Virus record (IMG/VR): IMGVR_UViG_3300011008_000125
DNA: 47,741 bases
From: a virus
Reading direction: 5' to 3' (one strand)
Below are positions 17,869 through 25,756 of this stretch, one piece after another. Within the stretch, counting starts at the first letter, position 1, and each line of letters opens with the position of its first letter. A program made the position numbers and the translations under genes. The notes beneath the pieces were generated by a model, which was not told where the DNA came from, ran no database searches, and worked only from the letters and a program-made list of their open reading frames with translations.

Positions 17869-19898
17869 TTTGTACCCCTTGCTTTTTGAAGCAGTTCAAC
17901 AATGGTTGCGTCCAGTTCTTTCACAAGTTCCGGTTTGTCAGCCCGTAACATGTCAATCAGGTCAGGTCTTGTGATACTCAATGCCGCATAGTTTGCAATG
18001 GTTTCATGTATCCGGCTTTGTCTGTCACCATAATACCGGGAGCCATGACCATACAGCACAACGCTTCTGTCACGGAACTTACCACCTGAAAGCGCGTCAT
18101 AAATATCTTCAAGGTTTCCAACACCGCCACCCATCAGGTTTCTGCATTCATAATCAATTTCAGCGTTCATTGCTGACTGAAGCTTTTTAGCTTCCTTTTC
18201 ATACCTTCTGTATTTGGAAAGGTCAGAAAAGATTGATGTACCGTTTGGAAAATATGAATCCCGTAACGCCTGTGTCTGTTGGTAATACTTCTGACTGATT
18301 GCCTGACGCGTTGCTTCATAGGCTTTCCGGTGATCTTCAAACAACTTCTTGACTTCATCACTCATTTCATCAGAAGTGTCTTTGAAGACATCCACCAAGC
18401 TGGTTCTGCTGGTACTGAACCAACTGCCGGGTTTCTTCAAGTCAGTTCTGCCGTATAAATCCATCAGGTGCATTTCTTCATGCAGCGTGGTGTTCACCTG
18501 ACCAACAAGATTGTCACCCTGAAGCTTTGGAATGGTCAACTTGACTTCCACCAAGTCACCGTTCCACATTCTTTCTGTGGTTGTAACGGCGTGGTTCTGA
18601 CCATGGGAAATCTTGAACGGAAGCCCCTGACTTTCAATGGTTTCCAAATTGCCCATCTGGTTGTAAAGCGCCACCACATTGGCATCAGCACCTTCACAAC
18701 CGTTCACAAAGTCAACCAAAGCTTGTGTGTTCTTCAGTTCAGTTTTTGCCCTGAATGCATCCGGGAACGCATCAACCTTCAATTCTTCCGCTTTGGGTTT
18801 CGGTTTAGGCTTATCTTTAACTGTACCAGAATCAGGAACCGGCTGTAAACCGGATTTGTCACCGTCCACGAATGCCTTTGACCATTCTTTGTATGTGGTA
18901 TTGGCTGGAACCATGTATGTCTTTCCATCCGCACCCCTTGCAGCACGTTCACCCAGTTCACCAAAGTCATCTTCAAAATAGGGAACCGTGGTTGACCTAC
19001 ACCAAACATGGAACGGCGGCGCTGTGATCCCGGTTTCCCATTCGGACATCTTGAAGTGTTTGCCGTCCATTTCCTGACAGATTTCTGACGTGTGTGAATC
19101 CAGTGTTGCCACAATTTCATATTTTTCAACGTCCAAATCCTTGAAGCAGTCATGCTGTGCCGCTGAACAGAACGCCGCCTGTTCAGTCATGACCAAGCGT
19201 CCGGCATTGTGCTTTGACACGTTCAGCCGCTTTGCCATCACGTCAATAGCCTTTTGCGGGTCTTGTCCCAACACAATGTTCTGTGTCAGCGTGGTGTTCA
19301 GTTCATTCACAAGCTTCTGCTTGTTCGACCATACCCGGTCAGAAAAGTTCCGTCCGTCTTGCGCCCACGGTTTATTGATGATCTTATCAATCCGGCGCTG
19401 ATCCAGCGTCCCAAAGTCCCAACCGAAACCAATTCCCTTGTGGACTTCATACGCCGTCCGGTAATAGCCGTCAAGGTAGATGCCGCGCATAGCCGCGTCA
19501 ATGGTGTCCAGCTGACCGCCAAACAGCACTTCAACCTGTTGCTGCATCTGAATCTTCATAGCTTCCAGCCGGGAAATGTGGACACGCGCTGAAGCGTTTT
19601 CCAGTTCCTTCACCCACTGGCCATTCAGGGCATTTTCTTCACCATATCGGATATAATCATTGACATCCCACTTGAATTCTTTCAGGTCACGTCCCGCAAG
19701 CATCTTTTTGGCTTCCGTCATGCTGACCTGATTGTTCTGTGCAAAGCGCCTATACCAAGCATCAAGCTTTGCTTCAAGCTGCCGCTGTGCTTCACGGTAC
19801 TGCTTTTCAATATCGGAAACGGCAGCTGTACCACGGTTGTGTTCAGCCTGTTCAATCAGCTTGAACCGTTCAGCCCAATATTTTGCGTCCCGTTTCAT
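17865..19898 (-). CDS. Minor head protein, MuF/SPP1 gp7 family, with about 310-aa C-terminal extension containing HExxH
   Basis: The MuF signature ATLDSHTSEICQEMDGKHFKMSEWETGITAPPFHVWCRSTTVPY is present. A Lys/Pro linker KDKPKPKPKAEE follows. A C-terminal domain then carries HEEMH at aa 473-477 (nt 18468-18482). Confidence 0.8.
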   Translation of the reverse strand: MKRDAKYWAERFKLIEQAEHNRGTAAVSDIEKQYREAQRQLEAKLDAWYRRFAQNNQVSMTEAKKMLAGRDLKEFKWDVNDYIRYGEENALNGQWVKELENASARVHISRLEAMKIQMQQQVEVLFGGQLDTIDAAMRGIYLDGYYRTAYEVHKGIGFGWDFGTLDQRRIDKIINKPWAQDGRNFSDRVWSNKQKLVNELNTTLTQNIVLGQDPQKAIDVMAKRLNVSKHNAGRLVMTEQAAFCSAAQHDCFKDLDVEKYEIVATLDSHTSEICQEMDGKHFKMSEWETGITAPPFHVWCRSTTVPYFEDDFGELGERAARGADGKTYMVPANTTYKEWSKAFVDGDKSGLQPVPDSGTVKDKPKPKPKAEELKVDAFPDAFRAKTELKNTQALVDFVNGCEGADANVVALYNQMGNLETIESQGLPFKISHGQNHAVTTTERMWNGDLVEVKLTIPKLQGDNLVGQVNTTLHEEMHLMDLYGRTDLKKPGSWFSTSRTSLVDVFKDTSDEMSDEVKKLFEDHRKAYEATRQAISQKYYQQTQALRDSYFPNGTSIFSDLSKYRRYEKEAKKLQSAMNAEIDYECRNLMGGGVGNLEDIYDALSGGKFRDRSVVLYGHGSRYYGDRQSRIHETIANYAALSITRPDLIDMLRADKPELVKELDATIVELLQKARGTK

Positions 19899-21397
19899 TC
19901 ATCATCACCGTCACCTTCCGGCGGTTCATTTCCTTCAGCCGGGTTTGTGCCGCCTGTGCCGAACGGGTCATATTGCTGTGCAATCCTTTCCTGTTCTTCA
20001 GCTTCTTCCTGTTCCAGCTGTTCAAGTTCCGCGTCAAGGTCAGTGACCCACGGATGATGTGCGGTAATTGTCCGCTTGCTGATGATGCCGGTGCTGTTCT
20101 GTGCGTTCTGGATGACAACTGTTTCATCCATCGGCATGGATGTGTTGAACGTAATCCGGGCTTCCACCGTGCTGAAGTCACCCTGACCGGCGTTCTGAAG
20201 GTGAAGGTCAACGAAGTAAAGCAGCGTATCAAACGCCGCCTGAAATTCTGTTTCCATGTCGGACGCATCAAGGTCAATATCATTGTACATGCTCTGAATG
20301 TTCATCTGGTTGGGTGATCCACCCAAACGTTCATCTTTCGCATCATAGCCCATGCAGTTTTCAATGATTGCCCGTTTGAAGATGTACGAAATGGCTTTGT
20401 AGTTTTCGCTATTCACTTCCACCTGAAGTGTACGAACGTCACCGCTTGCCCCTTCCGCTGACCTGATCTTGACCGCGCCATATGTGGCAAGGTTGCGCCG
20501 GAATTCACCAAGGTTTTCACCGTCATAATTCACCAACACCAGAATGGTGTTCCGGCTGTCTTCATTCATGTTGTCATCGAAGTTTGACAGAATCAGGTTC
20601 AGACCGTCCTGAAGTGACTTGCAGTTCACAATCAGCGGCTGTTCTTCATCATTGTACTTGAACGGGATGAACGGCAGCTTGTCCCAATTATAGCCAACAC
20701 CGTCAAATTCCATATATGATCTGTGGAACGGTTCAACCGCCACAATGTGACCGTCCGTCCTGTCCATCTGGAAGAAATCAATGCCCTGTGGCGTGTAGTA
20801 TTCCACCTTTGTGATTTTCGTGTCCCGCTGACCGTCATAATAGTCTATTTCATAGAACCGGATGACGGAATCAAGTTCCGTGTGGTCAACGTCCTTCCAT
20901 TCCGGTATGATTTCAAAGGGTCTGAACCGCTTGAACTGGAATTCACCCTGTTCATCATAATAGCAGTACAACCAGCCAATACCGCAATTCAGGCAGTCTT
21001 TGCCCACGCTTTTCAGCTTCCGCATGAATGCCTTGTCAAAGAACCACGTCAGCGTTTCTGTATAAAGGTCATCATCAGAATCCACCGTGAACGGCTTGCC
21101 CAGCAGATAATTGGTTTTCTGCTTCACCATGCGCTTATACACATTGTCAACCAGTTTGGCGTTCGGAAGGTTCTTCACTTCAATCAGGTTGCCGTCATCA
21201 CCTATGGCGGTTCTGACCTTCTTCAGAACGTCATGCCGTCCACGGTAATAGTCATCACCGGTCAGCATCCAGTTCCATTCTTTGGACTGCTTCACACGCC
21301 GGATTTCGTGTTCAATGAATCGTTCATTAGTCAGGGGCTTTCCCCCTTCCTGAATGATCCTGATTGCCCTGTCTTGCATAGCATAATCAAGAAACAT
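19895..21397 (-). CDS. Portal protein (SPP1 gp6-like)
   Basis: 500-aa ORF downstream of TerL with an acidic C-terminus. Confidence 0.85.
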   Translation of the reverse strand: MFLDYAMQDRAIRIIQEGGKPLTNERFIEHEIRRVKQSKEWNWMLTGDDYYRGRHDVLKKVRTAIGDDGNLIEVKNLPNAKLVDNVYKRMVKQKTNYLLGKPFTVDSDDDLYTETLTWFFDKAFMRKLKSVGKDCLNCGIGWLYCYYDEQGEFQFKRFRPFEIIPEWKDVDHTELDSVIRFYEIDYYDGQRDTKITKVEYYTPQGIDFFQMDRTDGHIVAVEPFHRSYMEFDGVGYNWDKLPFIPFKYNDEEQPLIVNCKSLQDGLNLILSNFDDNMNEDSRNTILVLVNYDGENLGEFRRNLATYGAVKIRSAEGASGDVRTLQVEVNSENYKAISYIFKRAIIENCMGYDAKDERLGGSPNQMNIQSMYNDIDLDASDMETEFQAAFDTLLYFVDLHLQNAGQGDFSTVEARITFNTSMPMDETVVIQNAQNSTGIISKRTITAHHPWVTDLDAELEQLEQEEAEEQERIAQQYDPFGTGGTNPAEGNEPPEGDGDDE

Positions 21398-21436
21398 GTC
21401 TTTATCACCCCTAACGTTTTATTGCACAACAAAACC

Positions 21437-21472
21437 AAAAACCGCCTGTTCTGGTTCTGTCAGGCGGTTTTT
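21437..21472. terminator. Bidirectional-type hairpin terminator between terL and portal
   Basis: The arms aaaaaccgcctg(21437-21448)/caggcggttttt(21461-21472) pair, with A/T runs on both sides. Confidence 0.5.
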
Positions 21473-21491
21473 GTTACTAATTTGTTTCTAA

Positions 21492-22820
21492 TCAATCAAA
21501 ACTGAATGTTTCACCCTTGCTGTCAGATTCATGCGCGTACCGCATAGCGTCCATCAGGTGGTTGAAATCATCAATAGGCACGTTCAGCTTTTTGCCGGTC
21601 TTTGAATCCGTGTCCCATGTGTAATTGCTGATTTCCGTCAGGAAGTTCACGCACCGTGGATGAACCACAATGTGGAAGTCCTGAAGGTAATCAATGCCGT
21701 ACTTGATGGAATCGCGTCCCTTCCGTGCTTTCCTGATGTGCTGCATACCAAGGTCACGCAAGCGGTCAATGCTTTTCGGTTCAGCGGAATCAGCCGTGAT
21801 CCGTTCCTTTGCGTACCCCATCCGGGCAACTTCCGCATATATGGCTTCATTGCTCATTCCGGGCTTATACATTTCATCAAAGACCCAAATGGTTTTACCG
21901 GGAATGTCCACCATGCCGCAATACAGCGCTGACGGGTCATTGGTATAACCAAAGTCCAGACCAAACCGGGTTTTGGCAACCTTTTTGACTTCATCAATGT
22001 CAAACAGCTTTTCTTCCCAATTTTCATAAATCAGACCTTCAACAATGCCCCACTCACCAAGACCGGCAACGCGGTAACGCCGTGGGTTCTGTTCTTTCAT
22101 GGTTTCAAACACCCGGCGGTCAGCATCATCCAGCCATTCATTACATGTGTAATTGGTGGTCAGCGCCATGATGTCAGGGTCAGTCCGGTCAAAGAACCGC
22201 GCCTTTATCCAATGGTGTTCATTCCACGGGTTGAAGGTCATGGTGATCTGCTTGAACAGCCCGTCAGGGACTTCACCACGGATGGATTCATCAAGCATGT
22301 CAAAATCAGATTCATGACTGATTTCATATGCTTCTTCAATCCACATCCAGCACAGCGCACCGTGTTCAACCGTGATGGATGTGACTTTTAACGGGTCATC
22401 CAGTCCCCGGAACAGGATTTTCTGACCGGTTGGTTTATAGGTGATTTCCAACGGGCTTTCTTTTGCATCCCACCATGCGTCAACCTGAAGCCTGTGAATT
22501 GCCCACTTCAGGTCAGTAAAACAGGAATCCTTCAACGTTCGGAAGACCTTACGCACAACCAGCGTGTTGGCTTCCGGGTACTTCATCATGTTCACGATGA
22601 TCCAAAGCGCCATTGTCTTTGACTTCTTTGAAGCACGGGAACCCTTACACACCCGGTAACGTCCTTTGAACCGCCAAAATGAACCGTAACCCTTGCCCAC
22701 ATAATCAGCAAGGTTGATGTCTATACGGTTACGCGTTCCAATACGTTGTGATTCTGGAAGGTAAAGATGCCGCTGATAATCAAAGACATATTGACTGCTA
22801 ATCCGCAAGTTGTTCTTCAC
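21492..22820 (-). CDS. terL: Terminase large subunit (PBSX/XtmB-like)
   Basis: 442-aa ORF. An N-terminal ATPase region (GSRASKKSKTMALW) and a C-terminal nuclease region are present. It overlaps terS. Confidence 0.85.
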   Translation of the reverse strand: MKNNLRISSQYVFDYQRHLYLPESQRIGTRNRIDINLADYVGKGYGSFWRFKGRYRVCKGSRASKKSKTMALWIIVNMMKYPEANTLVVRKVFRTLKDSCFTDLKWAIHRLQVDAWWDAKESPLEITYKPTGQKILFRGLDDPLKVTSITVEHGALCWMWIEEAYEISHESDFDMLDESIRGEVPDGLFKQITMTFNPWNEHHWIKARFFDRTDPDIMALTTNYTCNEWLDDADRRVFETMKEQNPRRYRVAGLGEWGIVEGLIYENWEEKLFDIDEVKKVAKTRFGLDFGYTNDPSALYCGMVDIPGKTIWVFDEMYKPGMSNEAIYAEVARMGYAKERITADSAEPKSIDRLRDLGMQHIRKARKGRDSIKYGIDYLQDFHIVVHPRCVNFLTEISNYTWDTDSKTGKKLNVPIDDFNHLMDAMRYAHESDSKGETFSFD

Positions 22821-23289
22821 CGGAAATCACCACCGGAATATTGACATTGACATCAAGTTTGTCATTCCACATACCTAAGTGTTTACCAAGCAGTTCAAGG
22901 GCTTTCAGTTTCGGTTCAAGTTTCACTTCACGTTCAATGCCGTCACCGTCTTTGGTTGGGAATGTCTTCACACGGACAGATTGAATTGCAGCCACGTCAT
23001 CAGTAGCAGCGTCTTCTTTCACCGTTGCTTCATCCATGTTGATAACGTCACCCGCATTCACAAAGGCAATTTTTGCCAATTCCAAAACAATGCGATCCTG
23101 ATTGACCCCGGTACGTTTTGACCGTTCAGCCATAGCCTTTGAAATTGCGGTCTGAATGCTAACATTCGCTAACATCCTTGAACCTTGTTCATTCGCAGTC
23201 TTTACAGAAAAACCGGCACGAATGGCTGCTTGTGTCGCATTCAAATCAATCAGATATTCTTCAACAAATCTTTTTTGTTTTTCAGTCAT
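22798..23289 (-). CDS. terS: Terminase small subunit (P27/Terminase_4-like)
   Basis: MTEKQKRFVEEYLIDLNATQAAIRAGFSVKTANEQGSRMLANVSIQ. The start was moved to the ATG at 23289, which has the RBS AGAAAGGGG. The longer track ORF runs through a 5' UTR hairpin. Confidence 0.85.
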   Translation of the reverse strand: MTEKQKRFVEEYLIDLNATQAAIRAGFSVKTANEQGSRMLANVSIQTAISKAMAERSKRTGVNQDRIVLELAKIAFVNAGDVINMDEATVKEDAATDDVAAIQSVRVKTFPTKDGDGIEREVKLEPKLKALELLGKHLGMWNDKLDVNVNIPVVISGEEQLAD

Positions 23290-23326
23290 TCCGCACCCCT
23301 TTCTGTAGATTTCCCCACAACGAAAC

Positions 23327-23364
23327 GCCGCCGGAAGGTGGGAGGATGCCACCAATCCGGCGGC
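23327..23364 (-). promoter_or_regulatory. GC-rich hairpin in the terS leader (possible attenuator)
   Basis: A 9-bp stem gccgccgga/tccggcggc encloses an inner ggtgg/ccacc stem, followed by a weak U-rich tail. Confidence 0.4.
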
Positions 23365-23386
23365 AGACATAAGCTGTTCCTTCAGA

Positions 23387-23415
23387 TTGATATAAAAACT
23401 TTGTTTTTATATCAA
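23387..23415. promoter_or_regulatory. 29-bp perfect AT-rich palindrome TTGATATAAAAAC-TTT-GTTTTTATATCAA
   Basis: Read directly: 13-bp arms with a 3-bp centre. It lies between the late regulator gene and terS. Confidence 0.5.
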
Positions 23416-23478
23416 CTTTAACACTACACGATTGCACACATATTTGCAACAATGATGAACTATGATGAACAACAATCA

Positions 23479-23916
23479 TCACTTAAGATAACCCAGCGGC
23501 GCATACTTTTCAGAAAACGCTTCAAGGGCTTCACCGTGCTTCAGCAAAATGGTACTGTAAGAATACCCGACTTCCGGCGCGGATTCTTTCAGCGTCTTAT
23601 ACTGCACATACACCTTAAAAAGAATCTGGATATACGCCGGGTCATCTAACCCTTGAATCTGTTCAATCACATGGTTCTTCAAGTCAACAAACCTGTCTAT
23701 TTCAGCGTTGATCTTCTCATCTAAATCAACGTACCGGGCAACGGCAGCGCCTAACCGGTCAGATGGTGACACCTGAACCTTATCCGAATCATACGTTATA
23801 GCCCTTTGCCCTGACGCGCTGTACTTCAGTTCTTCAAGTCGTTCAAGGTCTTGCTGTATCCGCACGTCAATGGCTTTCAGCTGTTCTAAATATTCCTTTG
23901 CAGTAAATTCCGTCAT
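23479..23916 (-). CDS. Putative late-gene transcriptional regulator (sigma-70 region 4-like / RinA-ArpU-type)
   Basis: 145 aa. It has an N-terminal coiled coil and a C-terminal HTH-like segment (YIQILFKVYVQYKTLKESAPEVGYSYSTILLKHGEALEAF). It is the first gene of the late operon. Confidence 0.45.
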   Translation of the reverse strand: MTEFTAKEYLEQLKAIDVRIQQDLERLEELKYSASGQRAITYDSDKVQVSPSDRLGAAVARYVDLDEKINAEIDRFVDLKNHVIEQIQGLDDPAYIQILFKVYVQYKTLKESAPEVGYSYSTILLKHGEALEAFSEKYAPLGYLK

Positions 23917-23934
23917 TCTTTCTTACCCCCCCCA

Positions 23935-24220
23935 CCGGGAACATGGTAGACGTTAGGTAGCTGTAAGGTAGACGTTAAAAAATTTTTGCCGCTACCCTGT
24001 TTCAGCCTTATTTCATGCGGGTTTGCGGCTTCAAGGTAGACGTGGTAGACGTTAGTAGCCCTATACTACTATATATTATTCTTTTTATATCTCATTTTCT
24101 TAATAATACTAATTACAAAAACTATATTATTAAGAACTTATGATTTACCGTCTACCACGTCTACCAACCGCATAAAATAAGGATTTTTTACCGCTACCGC
24201 AACCGCTACCACCGTCTACC
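23935..24220. repeat. Iteron locus 1: GGTAGACG octamers, AT-rich core, inverted CGTCTACC/CGCTACC octamers
   Basis: Forward copies lie at 23935, 23946 (degenerate), 23957, 24025 and 24034. The AT-rich core spans 24051-24138. Inverted copies lie at 24139, 24148, 24182, 24194, 24203 and 24213. Confidence 0.8.
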
Positions 24221-24366
24221 TACGTCTACCAAACCACCGTTTCAACCACGTCACCACCGAAATTCTGTACTGGAAGCAGCGCCCTGACCGCATCAGCTGA
24301 TAGATTCCAGTATTGCACGGATGGTCAAAGGGTGTTTTGTTCCTGTGTCTGCATGTTGCACACTGT

Positions 24367-25008
24367 TCATTCATCCCTGTCACCGTCCTTCTGGTTCAAC
24401 AGTATGAACATAAGCGGCAGATGCTTCAGCATGTCCACAAATTCATTCCATTCATCCAGCTTATGACCGGAACGCTGCTCAATCATGGTCACGGCGTTTT
24501 CATAGCTGAAGGTAACCGTGCGCTTCTGGTTGTAGGATGACGGCAGCAGCTGAATCATCTGCCACCAATGAACTTTCTTAATAGCCGCATCAGTTTCAGT
24601 GTTATATGCTTCTCTGTGTTCATTCAGTGAATCAATGATGTCCAGCAACAGCTGATAGCAATGTGCATCTGTCATGTGGTCATGGCTGAAGTCATCCGGT
24701 TCAAAGGGCTTTGCATGAATCTTGTGCATGGTGCTGCAACTGTTTGCCACGGTTCCAACCTTGTAGGTGTCAAATTCCTTCCACCAGTACAGCGGCGCTG
24801 TGATGTCACATGACACGAACACCTGACGTAAATACTTCCTGTGAACCGCGCCGCCGTTATACAGACGGCGCATCAGGTCACGGTCATTCTTTCCGATCTT
24901 GAAAATATCCGGGTCACTGTCTGACCGATCCCATGAATTCATAGGGTTCCGCATTCCCCTAAGTGCATGTTTCCATCCCCACACTTCACCAAGTTCAACT
25001 TTAATCAT
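24367..25008 (-). CDS. ThyX-like (flavin-dependent thymidylate synthase-like) protein
   Basis: 213 aa with WKHALRGMRNPMNSWDRSD...ITAPLYWWKEFDTYKVGTVANSCSTMH. It resembles phage Thy1-like proteins, but the canonical RHR motif is not seen. Confidence 0.45.
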   Translation of the reverse strand: MIKVELGEVWGWKHALRGMRNPMNSWDRSDSDPDIFKIGKNDRDLMRRLYNGGAVHRKYLRQVFVSCDITAPLYWWKEFDTYKVGTVANSCSTMHKIHAKPFEPDDFSHDHMTDAHCYQLLLDIIDSLNEHREAYNTETDAAIKKVHWWQMIQLLPSSYNQKRTVTFSYENAVTMIEQRSGHKLDEWNEFVDMLKHLPLMFILLNQKDGDRDE

Positions 25009-25013
25009 CTTGT

Positions 25014-25325
25014 TTACTCCTTCCTGAACAGCTTTTTGTTTGTTCTCATGATCTTTTCCAGCATCACCGCGTCAACCAAGCCTTTGTCAAAACACAAAAG
25101 GTATGACAGTTCAGCCATCATGATTGACACGTCAACGGTTTCTTCCATCAGGTTTGTCAGCGCTTCACCCGGTTCCGTGTCCGTTGGCTGACCCTTGCCG
25201 GATGCACGAAGCAGCTTGTTACACGCCTGAATCAGTTCAGCGCATTCTTCCATGCACTGTGTCAGTACATTTTCCACGCCCATCACTTTGGCGTTCTGTT
25301 CCAGCATTCTGTATAAATCCATCAT
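25014..25325 (-). CDS. MazG-like nucleotide pyrophosphohydrolase
   Basis: 103 aa. A CMEECAELIQA...EETVDV helical EExxE-type pattern is present. Confidence 0.5.
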   Translation of the reverse strand: MMDLYRMLEQNAKVMGVENVLTQCMEECAELIQACNKLLRASGKGQPTDTEPGEALTNLMEETVDVSIMMAELSYLLCFDKGLVDAVMLEKIMRTNKKLFRKE

Positions 25326-25543
25326 TTGAACACCCTTCCTGTTTCCCTGTCCTTCAGCTGAATCCGTCCAACCAGTTCAAACCCTGACTGACGTATGATG
25401 AACTTCAGTACCTTAATCAGGAACGCAACCTTTCCTTCAAGGTCAACCGTTGTCTGCATACCCTTGTACGCTGTCGGGTCTTGATACCCTTCACCGTTCT
25501 TCCGCAAATCATCCATCCTGACCACCGCTTTCTGCTTCCACAT
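25322..25543 (-). CDS. Hypothetical small protein
   Basis: 73-aa ORF in the operon with an EGYQDPTAYKG motif. Confidence 0.5.
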   Translation of the reverse strand: MWKQKAVVRMDDLRKNGEGYQDPTAYKGMQTTVDLEGKVAFLIKVLKFIIRQSGFELVGRIQLKDRETGRVFK

Positions 25544-25754
25544 TGAAGGTATATGTTCCGTCCCTGTTGGGTGTAGCTTTCATTTTCCCCTTCATGGTAA
25601 TAGGGTAATGCGCCACCACCACAATAATCTTTCTGTGAACCAAGAGCTTCAGTACACCCTTCCAGTCAAGATGAATCGTGAACCTACTAAGGTTTTCTTT
25701 TGTTTCCCGGTTCACCTTCACCAACAGAACCGGTTCATTCTTCAACCACTTCAT
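25509..25754 (-). CDS. Hypothetical small protein
   Basis: 81-aa ORF immediately after the primase gene. Confidence 0.5.
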   Translation of the reverse strand: MKWLKNEPVLLVKVNRETKENLSRFTIHLDWKGVLKLLVHRKIIVVVAHYPITMKGKMKATPNRDGTYTFNVEAESGGQDG

Positions 25755-25756
25755 GC

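Noticed and set aside
23935-24220. CRISPR array or IS/MITE terminal inverted repeats for the GGTAGACG clusters
   Set aside because: The octamers are too short and irregularly spaced for CRISPR. There is no transposase or target-site duplication. The architecture (iterons flanking an AT-rich core, duplicated at 41.5 kb) fits protein-binding arrays better.
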